Shown one piece after another: positions 8,761 to 20,654 of a DNA stretch of 42,475 nt. Numbering within the stretch: position 1 is the first letter of the stretch; the number at the start of each line of letters is the position of its first letter. The stretch is from Terrimicrobiaceae bacterium (lineage in GTDB: Bacteria > Verrucomicrobiota > Verrucomicrobiia > Chthoniobacterales > Terrimicrobiaceae), in assembly GCA_049317925.1 (NCBI GenBank), contig JBMOHI010000001.1, positions 1-42,475 of the forward strand, in the 5' to 3' direction. Position numbers and translations under genes: made by a program. The notes under the pieces were generated by a model. The model was not told the DNA's origin. It was given only the letters and a program-made list of their open reading frames with translations, and made no database searches.

Positions 8761-9275
8761 CAGATCCTCCAATACAACTCCCAATATCCCGCCTGATGGA
8801 TCTGCAGATCGGGAAATCCTGGTATCACACTCCCGCTGAATCGATACTCCGCCGCCTCACCACAGAATCCCGCCCGGACTGGATTCTCGATGATGTAGTG
8901 GCAGACTCCCGCAAAGGCATCCTGTCTTTTCTCCTCCTCGCGCAAAACATGGTCGTAGCCCTGCTTCTGGAAACGTCCTGGTGACAACGCGGGTTCCAGA
9001 TGTTTTCGTAGAAACCGTGCCGCGAGATAGAGGTCGGCGTCCTCGCGAATTCAAGCCAACAACACATGGAGATGATCGGGCATGAGGCAATACGCTGCGC
9101 AGACACAGCCATGCCTGGAGCAGCTATGTCCGACGACCTCTCGAAACCTGGCGTGAAACAACTCGTCCAGCCACCCGTTGGCGCGATCTTCTATGCAGAA
9201 AGTCCAGTGAACGGCCGCGAGTCCCTGATAGAATCCCCGTCGCAATCTCGGCAGATTCCTACGGCTTGCTGACAT
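8721..9275 (-). pseudogene. REP-associated tyrosine transposase (RAYT, IS200/Y1 transposase-like) interrupted by one in-frame TGA
   Basis: ORFs 9051..9275 and 8721..8987 are in the same frame. The continuous reading is ...YCLMPDHLHVLLA*IREDADLYLAARFLRKHLEPALSPGRFQKQGYDHVLREEEKRQDAFAGVCHYIIENPVRAGF... It has the HUH motif (HLH) and the Y-containing YIIENPVRAG motif. The TGA is at complement of 9051-9053. REP doublets flank both ends. Confidence 0.8.
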
Positions 9276-9335
9276 CTATGTGCATCTAGCAAGCCCTCCC
9301 AACAGGGGCGATCACATTTTGTTTCCAATCCGATC

Positions 9336-9391
9336 GTAGCCGCCGGCGTAAGCCGGTGGACTCAAGATCCCCCACGCTCTCACGAGCGCGG

Positions 9392-9395
<4 letters not shown>
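9336..9395. repeat. REP-like doublet (two inverted 24-nt units, 12-nt spacer)
   Basis: 9336-9359 GTAGCCGCCGGCGTAAGCCGGTGG; 9372-9395 CCACGCTCTCACGAGCGCGGCTAC. The second unit contains the TAG stop of the hybrid kinase (complement of 9392-9394). Confidence 0.85.
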
Positions 9396-12556
<3,161 letters not shown>

Positions 12557-12765
12557 GATATTTCGGGCGGAGAGACGCCTTCGCGACAGACCGAGCCTTT
12601 CGAGGGGTCCGGTCCGGTTCACCCCGGACTACCGCCGGATGTGAATCCGGGCAGACGTCCTGTGTGTGAAGTGCCTTCCCATAGCGAAACAGTAAGCTTT
12701 TGAGGGGCCCGACACCATGGGGTGATAACCCCATACGGCTGTCGTGGGATGGGGTTCCCGCCTCC

Positions 12766-12831
12766 CCACGCTCTCACGAGCGCGGCTACTGGAGTCGTGA
12801 GCGCGGCGTTGTCGCCGCCGTGAGAGGGTGG
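12766..12831. repeat. REP-like unit (exact copy) plus degenerate partner
   Basis: 12766-12789 CCACGCTCTCACGAGCGCGGCTAC is an exact copy. 12811-12831 GTCGCCGCCGTGAGAGGGTGG is a degenerate opposite-orientation unit. Confidence 0.75.
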
Positions 12832-12921
12832 TAGACCTGCGCTGCTGACGATTGGATTCCGGGGACGGCATCCCTCGTTCGCTTCGCTCGGGAATGTGCC
12901 TGACAGCCTCTCGAAACGACC

Positions 12922-13611
12922 CTAAATAATCGTCACCTGCACGCTGCTCTCGATGATGCCGGCGGCGATGGCGTAGCGGGTGAGGCCGGCGGTGTCGTGG
13001 ATGTTGAGTTTTTCCATCAGGCTCTGACGGTGTTTCTCGACGGTCTTGACACTGATGCGGAGTTCGTCGGCGGATTCCTTGTTGGTCTTGCCTTCGGCGA
13101 TGAGCTGGAGCACTTCGAGCTCGCGTGGGCTGAGCGGGCTGGCCTCGTTTTTTGAGTTCCGCACCGTGCCGCGCTCCTCGGATTTCTGGCGGTGCTGGTT
13201 GCGGCGTTTGGCAATGGTGGGGCTGAAGTAGGTGTTACCTTTGTGGGCCTCGCGGATGGCCTCGGGCAGGACATGGGCGGCGGATTGCTTGATGAGATAG
13301 CCGGACGCGCCCAGGGCCATGACCATCTCGACGTAGGCGTCGTCGCTATGGGCGGAGAGAACCAGGATCTTGGTGGCGGGAGAGGCCTGGAGAATCTGCC
13401 GGGTGGCTTCCAGTCCGTTGAGCATGGGCATGGCAATATCCATCACGACAACATCGGGAAGAAGCAGGCGGGCCTGATCGACGGCGAGGCGGCCGTTTTC
13501 GGCTTCGCCGACGACGGCGATGTCCTTCTCCATTTTCAAGAGGGCCATGAGGCCTTCGCGGACGATCATGTGGTCTTCGGCCAGCAGGACGGTGATGGGC
13601 TTTACGGACAT
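12922..13611 (-). CDS. LuxR/NarL-family response regulator (REC + LuxR HTH)
   Basis: ORF 12922..13722. Real start is the ATG at 13611 (MSVKPITVLLAEDHMIVREG...). Receiver Asp in VVMDIAMP. HTH is SPRELEVLQLIAEGKTNKESADELRISVKTVEKHRQSLMEKL. Overlaps the upstream kinase stop by 10 nt. Confidence 0.9.
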   Translation of the reverse strand: MSVKPITVLLAEDHMIVREGLMALLKMEKDIAVVGEAENGRLAVDQARLLLPDVVVMDIAMPMLNGLEATRQILQASPATKILVLSAHSDDAYVEMVMALGASGYLIKQSAAHVLPEAIREAHKGNTYFSPTIAKRRNQHRQKSEERGTVRNSKNEASPLSPRELEVLQLIAEGKTNKESADELRISVKTVEKHRQSLMEKLNIHDTAGLTRYAIAAGIIESSVQVTII

Positions 13612-14780
13612 TTGAGTGTGGCGTTGCCGGATTTTTTCGTGGGGGTTTTCATGGCGATGTGAGTGTCCTCGGGAATGTCCACGATGATGGAGGTGGGCTG
13701 GCCGGGGGCGGATTCCACGCAAAATGTGCCGCCGATCATTTCCACGCGCTCGCGCATGCCGAGGAGCCCGAGGCGGTTCCGGCTCTTGGCGAACCCGGCG
13801 CCTTCGACCTCGAAGCCCTGGCCATTGTCCTGGATCTTCATTTGCACGGTGCCGTGATGGTCCTGGATGGTGACCTTGGCCTGGCTGGCTTTGGCATGGC
13901 GGGCGACGTTGGTGAGGGATTCCTGGGCCACGCGGTAGAGGACGGTGCGGCGGGCGCTGTCCATCTTCTCGACTCCGGCAAAGGCGGTGAAGCTCACGCG
14001 GATACCGGTTCGTTCCATGAAGCCGTTCATATAGGCCTGCAGGGCGGGAATGAGCCCGAGGTCGTCCAGCACGGTGGGGCGGAGGTCTCGGGCGAAGCGG
14101 TGGACGATCTCGACGGACTTGGCCACGAGCTTTTGGGTGGTGGCGATTTTTTTGTGGAGATCTCGGGCGTTGGCTGTGGTCTGGGTGCGCAAGGTGGCAA
14201 GCCGGAGGTTAATGCCGGTGAGGGTCTGGGCGATGACGTCGTGCAACTCCCGGCTGATCTTTTTGCGCTCCTCTTCCTGGGCGCTGAGGAGGCGGCGGGA
14301 AAAGTGCCGCAATTCCTCCTGCATGTTACGGGATTTTTCCAACAACTGGCTGGAGGTCGTCTCGCTGGTGCGGAGGGATTCCTCCATGGCCTTGCGGCGG
14401 ATGATTTCGTGTTGGAGTTCCTTGTTGGAGGCGGCGAGCTCGACCGTCCGGCGGGTCAGGGTCGCGATCATGCCCTTCAACTGCACGTTGGCCTCGCGGG
14501 CGCCGCGGTGGGTTTCCTCGATGGGGGTAATGGCCTCTGCAAAGAACGCGCCGGCCCGGCGGACCATTCCGTCACTCGTGCGCGCGGAATCCCCGGGCTC
14601 CAGAAGGGCAAGGAGGGCTTCCTGGTGAATTCTGGCCAGATCGAGCGTATCGAGGCCGAGCTTAACGGCGCGGAGTCCGAGCTTGCGGGCGGACTCTGCA
14701 CTGGAGGAGCGGCCGCCCTTTAGGTGTTTGCGCAGGGCCGAAAGGTAGCTTCGCGAGAGGGCGGGCAATTTAGTTTTCAT
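13602..14780 (-). CDS. Cytoplasmic sensor histidine kinase, HisKA_3 type, with RsbU_N-like N-terminal domain and coiled coil
   Basis: 392 aa with no TM segment. The N-terminus LSRSYLSALRKHL...LGLDTLDLARIHQEAL resembles an RsbU N-terminal domain. H-box ISRELHDVIAQTL (His codon 14241-14243). HATPase motifs TNVARHA, QDNGQGF and GLLGMRERVEMIGG. Confidence 0.9.
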   Translation of the reverse strand: MKTKLPALSRSYLSALRKHLKGGRSSSAESARKLGLRAVKLGLDTLDLARIHQEALLALLEPGDSARTSDGMVRRAGAFFAEAITPIEETHRGAREANVQLKGMIATLTRRTVELAASNKELQHEIIRRKAMEESLRTSETTSSQLLEKSRNMQEELRHFSRRLLSAQEEERKKISRELHDVIAQTLTGINLRLATLRTQTTANARDLHKKIATTQKLVAKSVEIVHRFARDLRPTVLDDLGLIPALQAYMNGFMERTGIRVSFTAFAGVEKMDSARRTVLYRVAQESLTNVARHAKASQAKVTIQDHHGTVQMKIQDNGQGFEVEGAGFAKSRNRLGLLGMRERVEMIGGTFCVESAPGQPTSIIVDIPEDTHIAMKTPTKKSGNATLKCP

Positions 14781-15438
14781 GGGGCGTGCCGAACTCGCGG
14801 GCCAGGCGTTTGATGGTCCGGACCGATTTCTCCACCAGCCGTTGGGTTGTGGCGATCTCTTTCTCGAAGTCCGTCCGGCCGTTGCTGACTTCCTTCTTCA
14901 AGGCCAGGAGCCGGATGTGGATGCCGAGCAGAGTCTGCGCAATCTCATCCTGCAGGGTGAGGCTCATCGTTTCGCGCTCGTTTTCCTGGGCGGTCAGGAT
15001 CTGGTGGGTGAGTTGCTGGAGATATTCCTGAAGACTGCGCGACTCCTCGAGAAGCCGGGCGGACTCCGCACCGCTGGTGAGGAGATCTTTTTCGGCGGCC
15101 TGACTCCGTTGGATCTCCTTTTTCAATTCCCGGTTGGAATGCGCGAGATCAAGGGCCGTGCGGTGCGTTTCCTCAATCGGGATGACAGCCTCGGTGAAAA
15201 ACCGCGCGCCCTCTCTGGTCATATCGTCTCGGGCCCCGGTCGTGGAGCTGGGGACCGCCAGCATCCCCAGCGCGAATTCGTGAACCCTGGCCAGATCCAA
15301 CGTTTCCAAGCCGAGCGCCGCCGCCTGACGGCCCACGCTCAAGGCCGACCGCAAACCTTCCTGGGGACCTTCTTGGAAATGGGCGCGCAGGGCGGACACA
15401 TACCGTTCAGATAAACGGCTGAGCTTGGTGTCTTTCAT
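14770..15438 (-). CDS. Truncated paralog of the adjacent kinase: RsbU_N-like domain + coiled coil + DHp helices, H-box His replaced by Gln, no ATPase domain
   Basis: ORF 14770..15561. Likely start is the ATG at 15438 (MKDTKLSRLSERYVSALRAHF...). Colinear with the kinase N-terminal half (LGLETLDLARVHEFAL, IPIEETHR). H-box equivalent MSLTLQDEIAQTL (Gln codon 14950-14952). Ends after the second DHp helix. Overlaps the kinase start by 11 nt. Confidence 0.8.
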   Translation of the reverse strand: MKDTKLSRLSERYVSALRAHFQEGPQEGLRSALSVGRQAAALGLETLDLARVHEFALGMLAVPSSTTGARDDMTREGARFFTEAVIPIEETHRTALDLAHSNRELKKEIQRSQAAEKDLLTSGAESARLLEESRSLQEYLQQLTHQILTAQENERETMSLTLQDEIAQTLLGIHIRLLALKKEVSNGRTDFEKEIATTQRLVEKSVRTIKRLAREFGTPHEN

Positions 15439-15648
15439 GGTCGGTTTCCGGATGCGCCTCCCGATTGGCGACGGCGAAGTCCCGACCCGAACGTCGGCGA
15501 CATGGGGAAGGATGTCCATGGGGTGAATACCCACCGGGAAAGGGATTGCTGCCGTCGTCACTGCCAGGCCTGCTCAGGCAGGACGCCTCCCTATGGCAAA
15601 GCCTCACTCGCAGATCCCTACGCAATTGGGATTAACGGTCGTTCCCGG

Positions 15649-15672
15649 CCACGCTCTCACGAGCGCGGCTAC
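15649..15672. repeat. REP-like unit (exact copy)
   Basis: CCACGCTCTCACGAGCGCGGCTAC, identical to the copies at 8701, 9372 and 12766. Confidence 0.8.
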
Positions 15673-15751
15673 GAGAGGGGGCGCGGTGTTAGTATTCCCC
15701 GCGATTCATCCAGGAGCGGACACTGACGACGGCTATGGTCTGGGTGAAAGT

Positions 15752-15829
15752 CTTACTCTTACACTTGAACCTAAACTTACGCTCTCTGGCTTTTGGGAGT
15801 TTACGTTCATGTTCAAGTCGAAGTGTAGG
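15752..15829 (+). repeat. Imperfect palindromic intergenic element of about 78 nt (family 2), copy A
   Basis: Long arm CTTACTCTTACACTTGAACCTAAACTTAC (15752-15780), core ...CTCTC..GGGAGTTTACGT..., short arm GTTCAAGTCGAAGTGTAGG (15811-15829). Homologous in inverse orientation to 33807-33878. Lies 6 nt from the glgP stop. Confidence 0.7.
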
Positions 15830-15835
15830 TGCTGG

Positions 15836-18292
15836 TTAGACTTTGACGGCGGGGAGGTGCCAGATTTCCTTGGCGTATTCGGCGATGGTGCGGTCGCTGG
15901 AGAATTTACCCATTCGGGCAGTGTTGAGGATGGCCATCTTCGCCCACTTGGCTTTATCGCGGAAGGCGAGATCGACTCTCTTCTGCGCTTCGCTGTAGGA
16001 CGCAAAATCTGGCAGACAGAGGAAGGGGTCGCTGTAGGTGAGGTTGTCGCGCAGCATGTTGAGCACGCCCGGCGGTTCGTCGGGGGTGAAGTAATTGGAG
16101 CCGACCCAATCGACCACGGCCTTGAGTTCCTCGTCCTTGTTGAGGAATTCGGCAGGGTTGTAGCCGCGTTTCCACAGAGCCGCCACTTCGTCCACGGTCA
16201 TGCCGAAGATGAAGATATTGTCCGGTCCGACTTCCTCGAGGATTTCCACGTTGGCTCCATCGAGGGTGCCGATGGTGAGGGCACCGTTGAGCGAGAGCTT
16301 CATGTTGCCGGTGCCGGAGGCTTCCTTGCCGGCGGTGGAGATTTGTTCGGACAAATCGGCGGCGGGGACGATGCGCTGGGCCAGGGAAACGCGGTAATTC
16401 GGCAGGAAAACGACTTTGAGTTTTCCCTCGATGCGGGTGTCGGCATTGATGCATTTACCGACGGCGTTGATGGCCTTGATGATGCACTTCGCGAGGTCGT
16501 AGCCGGGGGCGGCCTTGGCGGCGAAGATGAAAACGCGCGGGGTGATGTCGAGCCCGGGATTCTGCAACAGACGGCGGTAGAGGGCCAGGATGTGGAGCAG
16601 ATTCAGGTGCTGGCGTTTGTATTCGTGCAGGCGTTTGATTTGCACGTCGAAGAGGGCCGCGGGATTCACCTCGATGTCGCAGGTGTCCTTGATGATGCGG
16701 GCCAGATCGATTTTGTTGGCCAGCTTGACGGCCATGAATTCCTCTTGGAACTGCGGGTCGTCGGCGAAGGGTTCCAGGCCGCGGAGTTTGTCCAGATCGC
16801 GTTCCCAGCCGTGGCCGATTTTGCCGGTGATGAGATCAGAGAGGCGCGGATTGCAGGCCAGCAGCCATCGGCGCGGGGTGATGCCGTTGGTCTTGTTATT
16901 GAATTTGCCGGGGTAAAGCTCGTCGAACTCGGGGAAGAGATCGCTCTTGAGGAGCTGGGTGTGGAGGGCGGCGACGCCGTTGACGGAGTGTCCGCCCACG
17001 ACGGAAAGGTGGGCCATGCGGACCATCTGCACCGGGCCTTCCTCGATGAGGGAGAGAATTTGCTTCTTGTGCACATCGCCGGGCCACTTGGCTTCGACCT
17101 CGTCCATGAAGTGCTTGTTGATCTCGAAGATGATCTGGAGATGGCGGGGAATGACCTTCTGGAAAAGTCCGACGCTCCATTTTTCCAGCGCCTCGGGCAG
17201 AAGGGTGTGGTTGGTGTAGGCGAAGACCTTGGTCACGATGGCCCAGGCGGCGTCCCACGACATTTCGTATTCGTCATGGAGGATGCGTTGGAGTTCCACC
17301 ACGGCAATGGCGGGATGGGTGTCGTTGAGCTGGATGGCGACTTTCTCGGGGAAGTCGGCCCAGCCCTCGTTGGTCTTGCGGAAGCGACGGATGATGTCCT
17401 TGAGCGAACAGGCGACGAAGAAGTATTGCTGGAGGAGGCGGAGTTCCTTGCCGCTCTCGGTCTTGTCGTTCGGATAGAGAACCTTCGAAATCGTCTCGCT
17501 GTTGTTTTTCTGACGGACCGCTTCCTCATAGCCGCCGCGGTTGAAGGCCTCGAAGTCGAATTCCTCGGTGGCGCGGGATTCCCAGAGCCGGAGATAATTC
17601 ACGGTGTTGGTGCCGTAGCCGGGGATGGGAATGTCGTAGGGGATGCCGAGGAGTTTCTTCCAGCCGGTCCAGCGGGGGATGTAATTGCCCCGGTCATCAA
17701 AGACATTCTCGACGTGGCCATAGACCTGGATCTCGGTCGAGTGTTCGTAGCGGACGATTTCCCACGGGGTGCCGAATTGCATCCAAGCGTCGGGCAGTTC
17801 GACTTGATAGCCGTTGCGGAATTCCTGTTTGAAAAGGCCGTATTGATAATGAATGCCATAGCCGACGGCGGGAAGGTCGAGCGTGGCGAGGGAGTCGAGG
17901 AAACAGGCGGCGAGACGGCCCAGACCGCCATTGCCGAGGGCCATGTCGTATTCCTCTTTGCGCAGTTCCTCGTAGTCGAGGCCGAGTTCCTCCAAGGCGT
18001 GAACCATTTCGTTGAAGACGCCGGCACTGTAGAGGCTGTTGGAGAAAAGCCGGCCCATGAGGAACTCCAGCGACAGGTAATAGACGCGTTTAACGTTCTC
18101 GTTGTGATAGACGGCCTGGGTGGCCAGCATGCGTTCGACGATGACAGCTTGAACGGCTTTCGAGGTGGCCAGCCACCAGTCGCGCTTGGTCGCGGTGGAC
18201 GAATCACGCGACTGGCTGAACTTGAGCTGATTCTGAATGAGGGCCTTCAGGCCGGGGACCGAGGTGTCGAGAGTGGGTTGGAATTCGCTCAT
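15836..18292 (-). CDS. glgP: Glycogen/alpha-glucan phosphorylase
   Basis: 818 aa. Pyridoxal-phosphate site [27 protein letters not shown]. Full-length GT35 phosphorylase architecture. Confidence 0.95.
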   Translation of the reverse strand: MSEFQPTLDTSVPGLKALIQNQLKFSQSRDSSTATKRDWWLATSKAVQAVIVERMLATQAVYHNENVKRVYYLSLEFLMGRLFSNSLYSAGVFNEMVHALEELGLDYEELRKEEYDMALGNGGLGRLAACFLDSLATLDLPAVGYGIHYQYGLFKQEFRNGYQVELPDAWMQFGTPWEIVRYEHSTEIQVYGHVENVFDDRGNYIPRWTGWKKLLGIPYDIPIPGYGTNTVNYLRLWESRATEEFDFEAFNRGGYEEAVRQKNNSETISKVLYPNDKTESGKELRLLQQYFFVACSLKDIIRRFRKTNEGWADFPEKVAIQLNDTHPAIAVVELQRILHDEYEMSWDAAWAIVTKVFAYTNHTLLPEALEKWSVGLFQKVIPRHLQIIFEINKHFMDEVEAKWPGDVHKKQILSLIEEGPVQMVRMAHLSVVGGHSVNGVAALHTQLLKSDLFPEFDELYPGKFNNKTNGITPRRWLLACNPRLSDLITGKIGHGWERDLDKLRGLEPFADDPQFQEEFMAVKLANKIDLARIIKDTCDIEVNPAALFDVQIKRLHEYKRQHLNLLHILALYRRLLQNPGLDITPRVFIFAAKAAPGYDLAKCIIKAINAVGKCINADTRIEGKLKVVFLPNYRVSLAQRIVPAADLSEQISTAGKEASGTGNMKLSLNGALTIGTLDGANVEILEEVGPDNIFIFGMTVDEVAALWKRGYNPAEFLNKDEELKAVVDWVGSNYFTPDEPPGVLNMLRDNLTYSDPFLCLPDFASYSEAQKRVDLAFRDKAKWAKMAILNTARMGKFSSDRTIAEYAKEIWHLPAVKV

Positions 18293-18439
18293 GTGGGTGT
18301 CTTTTTTGAAGGATTAAAGCGTCTTGGGAAGAGCAAAAATCACGCCAAGAGTTCATGCGGCGGAAATTTCACAAGGATTCGGACCAGTCGCGAAATGAGA
18401 TTCCCGCCGGCGGGTGAAGGTTTTAGGATGACGTTTCCC

Positions 18440-19171
18440 ATGTCCGAAAAATCCCGCCTCGATCAATTGCTGGTGGCCCGCGGCCTGTGTCCCTCACGGG
18501 AAAAGGCCCAACGCGCCATCATGGCGGGGTCGGTCTATGTGGAGGGACAGAAAGCGGACAAGCCCGGACGCAGCGTGGCAGGTGATGCCGAGGTGGAGTT
18601 GCGGGGCGGTGAAAAGTATGTGGGCCGCGGCGGACTCAAACTGGAGGCGGCGCTGGAGCATTTTCATATTCCGGTGCAGGACCGTGTCGCGCTGGATGTC
18701 GGTGCCTCCACTGGCGGATTCACCGACTGCCTGCTGCAGCACGGGGCCAGAAAAGTCCATGCCATCGATGTCGGTCATGGACAGATCGACTGGCGGCTGC
18801 GCAATGATCCGCGGGTGGTGGTGCGGGAGGGAATGAATGCCCGTTTTCTGACCGCGGCGGACATCGGCGAAGCGGTGGAACTGTGCGTGGCGGATGTGAG
18901 TTTCATTTCCTTGACGTTGATTTTACCGGCGGCCTTTGCCTTACTCACGCCAGCCGCCGACATGATCGTTCTCATCAAACCGCAGTTTGAATTGTCCCCC
19001 GACAAAGTGGGAAAGGGCGGAGTCGTGCGTGAATCCCAGTATCATGAGGAAGTGACGTCGAGGATTCGCGCGTTTGTCGAGGCGGCAGGAAGGCAATGGA
19101 TCGGACTGATGCCGTCGCCCATTAAGGGGCGCGAGGGCAACACGGAATTCCTGGCGCATCTCAGACCATGA
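18440..19171 (+). CDS. tlyA: TlyA-family rRNA 2'-O-methyltransferase (S4 domain + FtsJ-like MTase)
   Basis: This is the C-terminal part of the artefactual ORF 15593..19171. Candidate starts are the ATGs at 18428 and 18440 (MSEKSRLDQLLVARGLCPSREKAQRAI...). SAM motif LDVGASTGGFTD. Confidence 0.9.
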   Translation: MSEKSRLDQLLVARGLCPSREKAQRAIMAGSVYVEGQKADKPGRSVAGDAEVELRGGEKYVGRGGLKLEAALEHFHIPVQDRVALDVGASTGGFTDCLLQHGARKVHAIDVGHGQIDWRLRNDPRVVVREGMNARFLTAADIGEAVELCVADVSFISLTLILPAAFALLTPAADMIVLIKPQFELSPDKVGKGGVVRESQYHEEVTSRIRAFVEAAGRQWIGLMPSPIKGREGNTEFLAHLRP

Positions 19172-19192
19172 AGAGTTGGAAACTTGAATTGG

Positions 19193-19264
19193 GAAACCTG
19201 AAACCTGAAACATCAGGAACGCCTTCTCTGTCCTCCAGTTTTCACGTTTCAGCCTTCACGTTTC
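19193..19264 (+). promoter_or_regulatory. Heptad-periodic inverted repeat ending 5 nt upstream of the nadK start
   Basis: GAAACCTGAAACCTGAAAC (19193-19211) and GTTTCAGCCTTCACGTTTC (19246-19264) pair at 16 of 19 positions with a 34-nt loop. The element lies in the tlyA-nadK spacer. Confidence 0.35.
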
Positions 19265-19268
19265 TCTT

Positions 19269-20123
19269 ATGATCGGCCTCATCGCTCATTCGGAAAAATC
19301 CGACGCCCGCAGTGCGGTACGCGCCATGGTGGCGGCGCTCAAAGAGGCCGGGATCGACTATGCGCTGGAAAAGCACACGGCGGCGTTGATCGGGCGGAAA
19401 TCGCTGCGGGACGAGCGGGCTCTGGCCCGGGAGTCCGAGTTGCTGGTCGTGATGGGCGGCGACGGCACCATTCTGCGGGTGGTGCACAAACTGGCGGCGG
19501 ACATCCGCCCGATTTTCGGAGTTAATATCGGCTCTCTGGGATTTCTGACCTGCGTCGGTGCGGCGGAGATTCCCCGGGCGGTGGAGAGCATTCTGGAGAA
19601 AGATTACATCCTGAGCCCGCGCGATCTCCTGCGGGCGGAACTGACCCGCGTCAATGGACAGAGAAGCCGGCTTCATGGTTTGAATGATGTGGTGATCAGC
19701 CGGGGCGAACGCTCGCAATTGGTCAAGATCGAGGTGCGGATCGATGGTGCGGAACTCACCCATTACAATGCGGACGGGCTGATCATCGCCACGCCGACGG
19801 GTTCGACCGCCTATTCGATTTCAGCGGGCGGCCCGGTGCTCATGCCGGACTCGGGCGCGTTTGTGGTCACGCCGATTTGTCCGCACGTGCTGACCAACCG
19901 TTCGACGGTGGTGAGCGACCGCTCGGTCATTGAAGCGCAACTTCTGGTGCCGGAGAAAGAGGTTTTCGTCACAGTCGATGGCCAGTCCACCCTGGCCATG
20001 CGGGTGGGAGACATCCTTCGCATCGTGAAAAGCGATCGCTCGCTTCCGCTGGTCACTTTGCCCGAGCGGTCGTTTCCGGAGGTTTTGCGGCAAAAACTGA
20101 AATGGAGCGGAAGTAACGTATGA
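19269..20123 (+). CDS. nadK: NAD kinase
   Basis: 284 aa. GGDGTILR motif and NDVVISRG. Conserved tlyA-nadK neighbourhood. Confidence 0.95.
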   Translation: MIGLIAHSEKSDARSAVRAMVAALKEAGIDYALEKHTAALIGRKSLRDERALARESELLVVMGGDGTILRVVHKLAADIRPIFGVNIGSLGFLTCVGAAEIPRAVESILEKDYILSPRDLLRAELTRVNGQRSRLHGLNDVVISRGERSQLVKIEVRIDGAELTHYNADGLIIATPTGSTAYSISAGGPVLMPDSGAFVVTPICPHVLTNRSTVVSDRSVIEAQLLVPEKEVFVTVDGQSTLAMRVGDILRIVKSDRSLPLVTLPERSFPEVLRQKLKWSGSNV

Positions 20124-20581
20124 CGTCGATCTCGGACATTCTTCAACCCGGTCACGTGAACCTCGCGCTGACGGCCGGAAACAAAACCGACGCCGTGCAG
20201 GAAGTCCTGGCAAAGTTGAATGGTGATGCGCGGGTGGGGGACTTCGCCGCCCTGGTCGAGTCCGTGCTGAGCCGGAATGCACCGGCCATCGCCGAGAACG
20301 GGTGTGGGATTTGCCTCGCCCATGGACGAACCGATTCCGTTGCCTCGCTGGTCCTGGCGGCGGGGCGTTCGCAGGAGGGCTTTGGCTGTGATGATGTTGC
20401 CGCACCGGTCCGGTTGGTCTTCGTGGCGGGTATTCCCTCGGCCTTCAACGCCGAGTATCTCCGCATTGTCGGAGCCATCGCGCGCATCTGCCGGGACAAG
20501 CACCAACTTGACCGCCTGCTGGCGGCGAAAACCGGCGCTCAGTTCGTTGACCTTCTCGGCGCGGGGGAGAGGAAATTGTAG
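20120..20581 (+). CDS. PTS EIIA type-2 domain protein (EIIA-Ntr/PtsN-like)
   Basis: 153 aa. N-terminus ISDILQPGHVNLAL, putative phospho-His context GICLAHGR, and RLVFVAG...LRIVGAIARI typical of EIIA-2. ATGA overlap with nadK. Confidence 0.75.
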   Translation: MTSISDILQPGHVNLALTAGNKTDAVQEVLAKLNGDARVGDFAALVESVLSRNAPAIAENGCGICLAHGRTDSVASLVLAAGRSQEGFGCDDVAAPVRLVFVAGIPSAFNAEYLRIVGAIARICRDKHQLDRLLAAKTGAQFVDLLGAGERKL

Positions 20582-20654
20582 GGTCCAGGCACCGGGTTTA
20601 TTCGGTGATCGACCCTTGACACAAAGGCCCTGACAAACTTCGCTGTGCCCACTC

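Noticed and set aside
9051-9053. Possibility that the in-frame TGA in the RAYT gene is selenocysteine or a reassigned codon
   Set aside because: TGA terminates several well-defined genes in this window (araB, nadK, the Deg protease). The position aligns with an ordinary aliphatic residue in RAYTs, and I saw no SECIS-like hairpin immediately downstream. A pseudogene or a sequencing error is more likely.
8825-9112. ORFs 8825..9112 and 8857..9090 inside the RAYT locus
   Set aside because: They are alternative frames of the RAYT gene. The RAYT frame gives the HUH and Tyr motifs continuously, so no frameshift is needed and only one TGA interrupts it.
12711-12733. Shared CCATGGGGTGA(A)TA(A)CCC motif upstream of the hybrid kinase (12714) and of the kinase paralog (15517)
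   Set aside because: Only about 11 contiguous identical bases are shared. Matches of that length are expected by chance among the intergenic sequence here, and the flanks do not align.
15593-18427. Very long plus-strand ORF (part of the 1192-aa ORF 15593..19171) opposite glgP
   Set aside because: It runs antisense to a full-length, clearly recognisable glycogen phosphorylase. Its composition is Gly/Ala/Val/Glu-rich shadow-ORF material typical of high-GC DNA. Only its last 243-247 codons (tlyA) look like a real protein.
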